Source of the DNA: Oikopleura dioica
Lineage: Eukaryota > Animalia > Chordata
Direction: 5' to 3'
Length of the DNA: 64,000 bases
NCBI GenBank assembly: GCA_907165135.1
Contig: OU015566.1
Span: forward strand, 8,122,001-8,186,000
The translations under genes and the position numbers were made by a program. The notes under the pieces were generated by a model. The model had not been told where the DNA came from. It searched no databases and worked only from the letters and a program-made list of their open reading frames with translations. Each line of letters starts with the position of its first letter. The first letter of the stretch is position 1. Below, in pieces: positions 49,601 through 61,100 of this stretch.

Positions 49601-52600
49601 AACTAACACTTTTTAAGAAAACCGGTATCGCCTCCGAAACAGACTCGCCGATGCCAGAAAAAAGCTGAGAATCTCAAAACACGTTCCGGCAGGCGAGTTA
49701 AAGTCCCTCAACTAGACGGAAATGCAGACTCGTCCGATGAATCATCGAGCAGATCTGGTATGGAAGTTGATCTTCCACAAACAGATGGGTTAAATGACGC
49801 GCCAAGACAGCCGCAAGTTCCGCCGATGTATCACCAACAGATGGCGCAAAATCAACATCAGCCCAACGGTAACACTCATAGCAGACCAACGGTCATTCCG
49901 ATTCTCATGCCACCAGGCAATTGGTAAAATTCACATCTGATTCATTTTGGTGATCATTATTATAAATTTCCATCTTTGATTTTATCCTTCATCATTTTCT
50001 TACATTTTCATCGGTGATTTATCAATTCTAAAACAGCACCAGGACAGTCCTTGGAACAAACTCTAGCTTCACCAGTGTTTCGAATGCAACCGGTAATGCA
50101 GCAAACGAATTACATCCACGTTGCTCAAGGAGGAACTGTTATTCTTCCTGGCGGCGCAAATCAGCAAAATCAAGTCACTCACCAACAGGACAATCAAGCT
50201 TCATCTACTCAACAGAGTAACGTTCAGCGTATAGGTTCTTCCCAAAGCGGACATTCTGCTCCTCCCGGATACTATCAGGTAAAACACCTTTTTAAGCTCA
50301 ATTTCTTACTTTGCTATCTAAGGTCGTCAATCCGCAAGGTGAAGTGATAGGCCAAAAGCCGATGATGCAACAACGCCAACAACCACAAGTCCAGTATCAT
50401 CAAGCCCATCAGCGACAGCCGCAACAGCAGCATGGTCAGAATTTTCAGCCTGTCACCTCACAAATTGCATCTCACTTTCCAATATTTTTAACTCCTGGGA
50501 ACTCTCAGGGGCAGCCTATGAATGTTCAACGTGTCGTAACACCGAGTCCTATGCCTCAACGAATGGGATCGTCAACACCACATGGGTATCCTCAAGCTCC
50601 TACGCCAACACAACGCCTGACAGCCACTCCTTTTGACAATCGCGAGCATATGCTGAGTACTCCACTCGGTACCCTTGGAGCTCCAACGCCAACTCCTTCG
50701 TACGGAATAGATCAGCGAATGCTCGAGCAGCAGCGACTTCAGGAGCACCGACAAAGACAGCAGCGGGCACTAGAAGAGCAGCGGCATCGTGAAATGCAAG
50801 CTCGTGTTGAAGAGCAGCATAGAAGAGAGGAAGAAGAGCGAAAACGACAAGAAATGCTTCGGAAGCAGAGGGAAGAAGAAGAAAGGAGAAGACTAGAAGA
50901 GGAAAAGCGAAAGCGCGAAGAGCAAAAAAGACAAGAACTTCTTCGAAAACAACAAGAAGAAAGACGCCTCGCCGAAGAACAGCATCGAAAACGAATTGAG
51001 CATGAGCGTATGATGCAACAACAGCAAGAACATCAACGACTCCTCATGCAGCAGCAACAATCGCAGCAGTTCCGCGGACATCAACAACATCAAGGTCTTT
51101 TGCATCGTCAAATGTCTCCTGGACTTCACTCACCACCTCAGCAACCGTTTCACAGTCAGAATCGTTCGCCTGGTTCTGCTCATAATCTCCAATCTCCACC
51201 TCAAAACTTTCAGTCCCCTCCACAATACCAAAATCAGCCGATATCAACCCCTCAACAGCGACAGCAGAGTACTCAACAGCAGCCGCCACAGGCGCAACAG
51301 TTTGTTCAAGCACCTAACCAGCAATTCTTCCACAATGGACAACGCTTTATTCGAATACAAACGCACCCACAGCAAGCTCCAACGCCAACTTATATCAATT
51401 CCAACCAGCGATTCGTGATTGCAAATCAACCTGTTCAGCAACAAAAACCGCAACAAACGATGATGAGTAATTTCCAGCAACGGCCAGTCGCAAGTTCACC
51501 CGTCAATCAAAACTCGCAGATTGCAAGTTTTGCCAATCAACAAGTACTTCAGCAGCCAAAGCCACCTCAGTACCAAGATGTTCAAAGGCCGTCAAGTTCT
51601 ACACAAGCGCCTCCTCAGAGATACTTCAACGTTGGTCGAAGTCCTAAAATCGACGAGTACAGATTGCAACAAATCAAGAACGACTTGAAGTCGCCTATAA
51701 ATGCACCCAAAAACATTGTGGTGAAGGCGGAGCCCCCGCCAACCTATCAAGAGCGACCTCAGCAGCAAGCTCCTCGGCATCAAACAAATGTTTACGTAAA
51801 AGGCGAGCCAAGGGATGAAAGTTACCACAAGAAAGTTATCAAAGAGGCGATTAAAACTCAAAGTGAGTTGAACAAACGTCAGTCAAAATCTCCTGTTCGA
51901 AGTCAACAACCAGGTCCGCAGGCTGCGGTATTTGGAAATCAGCAATACAGGATCGCACCAGGCGCTGGTCCATTGCCAGGATTGAGCACTCAACAGCACA
52001 GGCCGAACATATTGCAACAGCCGCGTGGACAGCCGATGCGTGCTCAGCAGCAACATGTTTTCAGCGCTTATAATCCAGAAAATGGAACATTCACAATCCA
52101 GCCACAGATGACCTTGGCGCCTCGGCCTGCTCAAATCGTACCAGCTAATCAATCTCAGCGAGTTCCCCCTCAGTCTGATTCGTCCACATCAGCGAGAAAA
52201 CCGTGGGATCTAGATCTACAACCACCTAGAAGACAATCTGGAATAGAAGTGGTCGGTAGAAGTCCGGTTCGTCAACAGCAGAGTCGCCCGCAGCAATTTC
52301 AAAGATACCAAGTTGGAACTATTTTGCCAAATAATCAAGGGCTCAAACCAGGACTAAATCTCATCAACGGTCAACTGATTGAAGTCCGTAACGGGCCAAT
52401 GCCAATTACAGGAAGACAACTGTGCATGGATCCCTCATCATTCAGCATCATTAAGGAAGAGCCAAAGCCGATTCCTTTCAAGCAAGAACCTAAGCAGCCG
52501 AAAGCGCCGAAGCAGAAGCCGCTTATATGGGATCCCATCGTGCTCGAAGAGTCGCTTGTTCAAGGTTCTGTTGAAGATGGCCATGATGATGACTTTGACG

Positions 52601-53668
52601 GGTCTATTTTGCTAGACAGACTCATGGTAGAAGAAAAGGCTAATGAGCTGAAAATTGTGGAGCGCCCAGAAACCCCTGATGCAGTTGATGAAGTAGAAGA
52701 ATACAATCTGATGTTCTCTATTGTTTCAGAAGATGGTGTTCGAAAGTCCGGAAAAGATCTTGAAAGTTTATGGAATGAAATTATCGACGAGTTGCCAACA
52801 TCAGGCCGTCTTCCAGGATCTGCTCCGAAAGCGACACGCCCAGATGTGTTTGCTGCATTTGGTTTTTCAAAAGATATGGTCCGATACCTTCTCGAACAGC
52901 TTCCTCTAGCTGATAGTATCCCTGGAGCTTACAAAGCTGTCCATTTCCCTCGTGACGAGAAGAGCATTTCTGTGACGAGAAATTCGAAGGGTTGCTGGAG
53001 GGCACAAGGCTGGTCTGGAAAGCGAAATCCTTCAGATATGTTCTCGTTCCTGAACTCCAAGCATCGTTCTGGGCTAACCCATGATCCGAATTTCCGGCCA
53101 ACGTTGGAGACCGACTTGCCATTGACGATGAGATTCAGGAAGATGGTGGAAACTAGTAGAAACTCCCTTCAAGGTACAAAATCACTATCAACTTTGACAA
53201 TTATTCTGTTAAGTCCTGCCATCGGCTATTCACGGACGAGGATTGTTCGCACGTCGACCTTACGAGCCCGGAGAGTTGGTAATTGAATACTCTGGTACTG
53301 TCATCCGCGGAGAACTTTGCGACATGCGCGAAAAATACTACGACGACAGAGGCATCGGAACATACATGTGAGTACTTTTTGCTAAAATCCGATTGATTTT
53401 CTTTTCAAGGTTCCGAGTCGATGACGATTTTGTTGTCGACGCAACGATGGAAGGTGGCAGAGCGCGTTTTATCAACCACTCGTGTGGTCCCAACTGTTTG
53501 AGTAAGATCATCACTGTCGATTCGCGAAAGCACATCTGTATCATCGCCGGCCGATTTATCGACTTCGGCGAAGAACTGACCTACGACTACAAATTCGATC
53601 GCGATCTCGGATCTGAGCGTATTCAGTGCGGATGCCAAGCACCAAACTGCAGACGATTTATGAACTAA
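43684..53668 (+). CDS. Trithorax/MLL-type (KMT2A/B-like) histone H3K4 methyltransferase
   Basis: PHD fingers (~44410-45010), extended PHD (EWAHAACVLW...MHFFCA...CGRH), FYRN (~47130-47300), FYRC (~52700-52920), WIN-like motif, SET (IHGRGLF, RFINHSCGPNC, EELTYDY) and post-SET CGCQAPNC. Confidence 0.9.
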
Positions 53669-54024
53669 AGAATGAATTTTATAATAAGAAACTCAACTGC
53701 TTGTAACTGCACATATTGTATTCTAAAACTGTATAATCTGTAACTTCGCACTGCACTTCCAACTTCCGAAAACGATCTTTCTTACACTAATATAAAACAG
53801 ACCTACTGCTTAAACTCAATACATGTCATTTCGGAAATGCATCTTATACTGACGATATTTCCAAAATAAACTAACTAATTATTCATGACGCTTATTCATG
53901 ATGCTTAGTTCACCTCGCCTAAAAACTAGGTGATTTTTAACCCTGGTTTTGACGTCAACAAAAAAATAAAATAACATTTATTTATTTACAAGTACAAAAA
54001 CGTTTTTCTTTCTTGGCGCAAAGT

Positions 54025-56541
54025 CTACGCAGATGTATCAGAAATTGATCGCCGAATGCGTTTTCTGTCTCGTTTTAAAGACTCTCTTCGTAAATCCTCG
54101 AAAGTCTCGACGTCAAACTCTTCATCAAATCGTTGACTTTCGAGCTCCGTCCAAATGCCATCCATTTCCCGTCCATCGGAATAACAGACTTTTCGAGTGA
54201 TCTCGTTTAGAAATTCTGGAGTCATGAGGTCATCCGGTGATTGTGCCTTGAAATAAAATATTTGGAAATGTAAAAATTCTCAGATATTACCTTGACAAAG
54301 TTTTCGGATTGGTTCAATGCGGCTATTTGGCCAATTGCACTGTTGGATTCTTCCCCAAGACCGACGGCAATCACAGATGTTCTCAGAGTAGCAAGGCTGC
54401 CAAATGGTGTGTCCGATAAAAAGTCCGGTGTCTTGAAGCCGGAGTCCCAGAAATCTATCGACTGTTAGAGCGATACAGATTTTTTACTGAACCTGAGAGA
54501 ATTATGACGATGCTTTCTGCGTCGGAATCTTGATTACGCCGTCCAACAACCTTTCGGACAAGATTGGCCGCATCAGACAGATCTGATCCAACTTTTTCAT
54601 CGAGTTCGATTGCGTCCATTCTTTTCACAATCTATGATAAAGTAGAACAAATTCAAAAGTCGGTATTACCTTAGCAAGAGAATGATTCTTTAGCGGGATA
54701 TCCAAAGTGGCGCTATCGGCGTAAGTGACAACACCAACCTTAAAAATTTAAACACTGGAAATTTTTCAATAAGTTTTTACTTGAACAAGATCGAGGTCGA
54801 ATTCCCCGATTAAATTTTCAATCCACGCTTTTGAAGCATCGAAAAAGTTGCTTTCGCCGCGCATTGAAGTTGATCTGTCGACAACGAAGAGGATATCCAT
54901 TGGTTTTTCATAGCACCAAACCTAAATAAGTAAGAACAAGCCGCGAATGATTCTTAATCACCTGAGTGGGAACAGACTCCTCGCAAAGTCGACCAATAAA
55001 CCCAGTTGTGCAAGAGCATGTGAATCCATCACTGTTGGCCACGCACTCGCCACCATTGAAGCAAGGATCAGGATCACAAGGATTTGGAGGAACAATCTTT
55101 TGCTCGCAATTTGTCCCTTCAAAGCCTTCTGGACACTGACAGACTGGATAATGATATTCATTCAAAATGCATTTGCCGCCGTTTTCGCAATCAAAGTCAT
55201 CGCAAGCAGAAATCTGACAGAAATCACCGTAGTATCCCTTTGCGCACTCGCAAATCGCCTCTCCCCCGATCGCAACGCATTTTCCATGGCGACAAGGAGA
55301 AATCGAGCAAGGATCTCGCTGGCAGAATTCTCCAGAAAATCCAGTTGGGCAGTCGCATTGTCCCAAATTGCATGTTCCGCCGTTTTGGCACTTGACAAAT
55401 TCGCACAAGTCATTTTCTGAAAGTCGCTCCATTCCATTCGAAAGAGCAGAAGTGATGTCCGATTCTTGTTCTCCCGATCCTTCTTCGTCCAAAATAAGTC
55501 GATTTTTCTTTGATTTTTTCGTCTCGCAGAACTGCCCAGTGTATTTGTCTGTGCAAGTGCAAGAAATAGTGCCATATTGTCCTGCGTTACAAGTTCCTCC
55601 GTACATGCATGGGTTCGGATCACATGGGTCGTCCGTCAAATCGCATACCATATCAATGGTTCCGTCGGCACAGCAGGAAAGAGCGTTAGCATCGTATGTT
55701 TTTCCGTAGCAACAGGCACGAGCCCCGTTCTCCGAGTGAAACGGAAATCGATCTGGGTAGGTTCCACAGCAGCTATCAGTAGCACCAGACCCGTTGCCAG
55801 TACCACTCTTGACACAACGCGCAATCGGATCGAATCCTCCAACAACAGTGTCTGCTTCACTGTGATAGCCATCTCTGGTCATGATCGTTAAGATACTCTC
55901 CACGAGTTTGACATCGCAGGAGCAAGCGTTGTGCTCACATGTGCCAGGGACGCCCGGACAAGTATACGATCGAGTTGAGCGGTCGTAAAGAGGAGAACCG
56001 TAGTTTTGACTGATACCGAGGCAAATGGAATCGTCGATAGTAGTGCACTGGTGACATTTGTACCAGGCTCGGCCGAGATAGTCCATTTCATTTACGGGCT
56101 CAGCTCTGTTGGAAGCTTCCCATCCTGGAGGATTGAGAAGTTGAAGCCAGCAACCTTGCTGCAAAAGATTCAAAGGCAGGTCAGCTTCATCACGCCAGCC
56201 ATTTACTTTCAAAAGCCTAAAATCTCATTATAATAGATTCCTTCTTCGTCACTTACCGTTTAAGCATACTGTAAACATTGTCTCTGTTATCTCCAGCATC
56301 GCTCTGAGCTTCAATGGACGCTTTTAGTGCAACCAAAACTGCGCTAGAAATCTTCATCCCTTCTACGTCGGGTTTTGTGTCTGATTCTAATTAAACTTTT
56401 TGGGCGACTAATGAGTGAATTCGACAACTCTGAGCTGGTGCTCTGCGCCGGATTTGTCACGGCGGTGGCGAATAGTGCTCCACCACTAGCGATTGCATGG
56501 CTGGTAAACAATCGTGCGGTTTTTGTGCAGTAGTGAACCAT
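54025..56541 (-). CDS. Extracellular protein: PLA2-like domain, five EGF repeats and a VWA domain
   Basis: QGCW...EPVNEMD...WYKCHQC...CEHNACSCDVKL (sPLA2-like); CxPxPCxxGGxC EGF repeats; PMDILFVVDRSTSM (VWA MIDAS DxSxS) and VGVVTYAD. Confidence 0.82.
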
Positions 56542-56920
56542 TTAAAAGCTAATAAAACGTGGACTTGAATCTAAGCCTTCCAGTAATGCGATTGTTGAGA
56601 TAATTATTTTAGGGATGGAAATTTGATTCAATTTCCACCTGATATGCTTATCAGCGAAAAAAAGATTCATGAAAACTTCTGCTAATTCAAAAAGAACATC
56701 GTTTCTGACGTCTAAAGTGTATAAATTTATTCAGTGACGTAAAACTTGACACGTCCTCGTTCAGAAAGTGTATTTTGATGAAGACATTTTTTGATATTTT
56801 CAATTTTAAATCATCATAACGTTATTTTTGAATATTTATGGTTTTTCTAGAACACGCACGCACCTGAGGCGTTGTTTTCGATTCCCGGCTCAGTTATAAA
56901 AATAAACCAAAAAGATCAAA

Positions 56921-57885
56921 ATGTCTGACTTGGGTTCCATCGATCTTGAAGACGGAAACGACTTCTACTTTGGCGAGTACGAAGGCGAACGAAACGATGC
57001 CGGAGAGCGCCATGGCCATGGAAAGGTAATTCATAAGGTTTGTTCATCGAAAGCAAGGGATTATTTTAGGCTACCCTGCCAAATGGTGATTATTATGAAG
57101 GCAACTATGAAAATGGAAAACGACATGGAAACGGAATCTACAAATTTAAGGTACTCTCTCTCACTTTACTGATATTTTACTATTTTTAGAGCGGCGCCCA
57201 GTACGTCGGACAGTATGATAAGAACAAGAAGCACGGCAGCGGCACGTTTTATTACCCCGACGGTTCCGTCTTCAAGGGCGACTACGCCGATGATCATAGA
57301 AATGGAAAAGGAACTTACACTTATCCTAACGGAGATACTTTCGAGGGTCACTGGCAGGTAAATCTAGCCTCTTTTTTCTTTCTAAGTTTCTAAACCATCA
57401 TGTTCAGGATGGTCAGCGACACGGCGTAGGAACTTACATTTACTCTGACACACAGTCCCGCTACACTGGCAGCTGGGTCAAGGGCAAAGCAGAAGGCGCC
57501 GGCGAACTCGTCCATGCTAACCATAGATACCAAGGTAAACAACTCCCGTTCTAGAGAATTACTGGAACTTTTTTGTAGGAAGCTGGAACGACAATCTTCC
57601 TAATGGCCCTGGAAAGTATATTTTCAACATCTGCTGCGAACAGCATGGTGAATACATTCCTGTTGAGATTCCAATGGATGTTGATGGTAAGTTTCATTAG
57701 AAATTACATTCTAAATGATTATTTTTGATTTCAAAACTCAAATTTGAACCGTCACAGGAAATAGGCCTTTGACGAAATCTCAATTTTGTCAATTACGTGA
57801 CCTGTTTTTAGACGAAGAAGCTACCAACATCACGATTCCAAAATGGAAGGCCACCAAAGTTTGCGGCATCAGCGTCGAAAAGTAA
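56921..57885 (+). CDS. RSPH1: Radial spoke head 1 homolog (MORN repeats)
   Basis: MSDLGS...[45 protein letters not shown] followed by tandem MORN repeats. Confidence 0.92.
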
Positions 57886-58150
57886 ATTTAATTCTGCTTT
57901 TTATCATTCAAAATTGTAAATTTGTAATTAATGTACTCAAATAAACACTTTCATATATTTATAATTTACACGCGCAATTCGTGATAATTTTATTTCGGTT
58001 GTTCGTGTTGTTGACGACGTATCTGTACTCAGTACTGTTACAGATTGGTGCGGTTTTAGTTTTTAGGCTTTTACAGAAAGGAAGGAAAAGGATTTTTACA
58101 GTAGAAAATTTGAAATATTGGGAAAACTTGAAGGGCAGTAGTAAGTTTGT

Positions 58151-61100
58151 TTAGAGCTCGTCCTTGGACCAGCAGGGACCTGATTCGAGTTTGAGATCGT
58201 CGATAGCAATTGGCGTTCCTTTTCCTTCTGATTTTGTCGCCTCGATGACAACCTAAGTGATGGTTTGATAATGATAAACATAAACGACTTTACTTGATAG
58301 GAAATCGTCGGCGGCATGAATACAGTCTGTTGGACATTGAACCAGTCTCCACCCTGATTGCCATTGTAGGAAATAATGGTCTCTTCTCGTTTTCTCTCCT
58401 CGCCCTCTACCGCGAAGCGCACCTTGACTGATAGATTTAATGAGGTTTGTTGGAAGATGAGGGCTCGAAGGGAGAGACACTGAGTTCCTTTTCGCGCTGG
58501 AGACATGATTCTAGCAGAATTGAGGTTTGCGTTTCTGTTCAACGGAGCGACCAAGATTTTGTCTATAAAACAAAGATAAAAACTGTTCGAAAAAGATACT
58601 TCGGTGGTGAGATCATCATCAGGAAGCAACAGCATGCGGTTATGATAGTTAGTTAATGTGAGTCTTGGTATCTGTTGTAAGTAGTGTTAGAAAGAGGAGT
58701 TAGTTATTTTGCTGTTTCCGTCATGCAGTATACCGTCTGATGGGGTAAAATTCAATTTTCTTTTTATATTACTCTTCTCTAGGGTATTCCTCTCAGTGTC
58801 CACACGCCAACGGAAGAATCCGAATCTTTTCGAGCTCTGCGTCCATCCGCAAAGTCCACCTACAAAGGAATTAACTTCTGAGATAAAACTTAAAAACTAA
58901 CCTCCTTCAAAGTCACAACTAGAAGAGGACTTTCGCTCAAGACTTTCAAATCCACATTGAACGGAAGAATCTACAAGCTCTCGAGATTTTCCATTTGTAG
59001 TGAACTCGAAGTCGGAAATGTCAGTTTGAGCGCCAGATGTGAGAACAGCAATAACTTCCACAACGTAGGTTGTGCCTTCTTCGAGGTTGGTGAAAGAGAA
59101 AGAGCTGTCCATGGCCAAGTTTCGAGATTCTCCACCAATTGGAGGAGGGTTGATGCTGACGAAGTAATTGATAACGCCAAGGTGGTCGTCATGATCGGCG
59201 GATCCTTCCCTCTCAGCCTCTTTCTCCTCTTCATGGCGATGATCGACCCAAGAGATAGATGCAGTCGTGTTTCCAATAAAATCCGCTTTTGGAGATTCGA
59301 GGGTGAACGCAGTCTGCGTCTTCAAAACGGTTCGATCCGTTTCGACGATTTCGTTGAAGATGGCTTTGATAGAGACTGTGTACTGAGTATTTGGCTCAGC
59401 TTCGAAAATTGATAAGTAGCTCGTGCTAGAATCAACGAGAGAATTATCGAAGTCGTCAACTGGCGGCTCAATCGCGACATCGTATCCTTGAGCATTTGGA
59501 ACAGACTTCCAGAGAATATTGAATGCAGTTGACTGAACATTCGTAATGTCAACTTGAGGAGCAGCGCTTGCTGTCATAATATTTTTATAGAAAATGTCTG
59601 TCCGTCGGACTTCATCGAAAATACCAACGAGTGAGAGACTGTAATCAGTTCCAGGCAGGAGGTTTGTAACGGTGGCGGAGTGCATACCGCTGAGGTGAAT
59701 CGTCACTTCGCCAACGACTTTGAAGTCCCAGCGAGTCACGCCTTCAACTTCGGGCCATTCTACCGTGAACGATGTACTTGCGATATGTTTAGCGGAAATT
59801 CCAGTGACTTGGGGCAATGTAGTGAATCTTTGCGAAGCTGGATCAGTTCTCACTTGATTCTCCATTTCTCCTGAGATGAAGACATTGTACGAAGATTCAG
59901 GCTCGAGATAGCTCAAAACAATGCTCAACTCATTGGCATCTTTGAAAGCATCATAGACAGTTTGTGATCCCTTCTTCAAAATCACTCGATATCGAATCAC
60001 GTGCTCAACAGCAGACCAGGATACCTGAACCGAAGAAGACGTTATCTCCTCGATATTAACGCCACTTCCGCTTGGTGCAGTTTCTTCAGTGAAAATGACA
60101 GCGTCGGTTTCAGCATTAGCGACAAGTGCTGAGATCGCAATCTCGTACTTGGTCAGAGGGATCATTTGAGTGAGTCGAACAAAGTTAGCAAAGCCTCCTT
60201 GGAGCCCGTTGGTAATTGATGCAATTGGTGGTTCCACGACGACTCGCAGATCCTTGGCACCCATAACGTAACCGAGAGCGATGGCGATCTGCGATGACTG
60301 CAGGAGGGCGACTCTCGAGTTTTCGAGAAGTGGGGCCGTCTTGGGAATACTAAAGACCTTGTCTGTCTTTCCCTGATAACCTGAAGCTCCGCTGGATGAA
60401 TAAGTGGCAGTCATAACGATCGAATAGATTGTGTTTGGACTAGCACCGTCAAGTAAAAGCGGACTCTCAAGCTCGACCATATATCCATCAAAATTGGGAA
60501 TCGGTGGATTTATCAAAACATTGTAGAAGTCTGGTTTGGTAGCAACATCCCAGGTTAGCCTCAGTGATGTCGATCGTGCCTTCGCAGAGAAGTTATCTAG
60601 AGATGGAACTGTAGAGATTGTCGTTTTTGCATAATCAGTGCGGATATTTTCATCATCATCGATGACTGCTCTGACTTCAAAAGTGTACTCAGTGCTTCCA
60701 TTCAGGAATTCGGCGTGATAGTACGTCTCATTTAGTCGCTCGCTCAACTGTGCCTCTGAGCTTACCAGTTCGTAAGCGATAGCACCTGGAATCTCGTCCC
60801 ACTGGAGATAAATCAAGGACGATTCGACTGATGGTGCAGTTAAAACCGGTTTCTCTGTCGCTGTTCTAAAAAGAATCTGTCCAGCTTCTGACTTTTGTGC
60901 AGCCAGTAGATAAACAATTGTTAGAGAATAATTGGTATCGCTGTCAAGTCCCTTGATGATCATTTTATCGTCACTTCCCGATTTGATTCCGTTTTTGAAT
61001 TGCGCAGATGGAGGGCTGAGCTCAACAAACATGGAAGTGATCAACCCCTTCGACTCTAGGTTGACTTCAACTTGAGAGGAACTTGTCGAGACAACAGAAA

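Noticed and set aside
56760-56900. RFX X-box upstream of RSPH1 (and of CIMIP1)
   Set aside because: Only poor partial matches; not supportable by eye.
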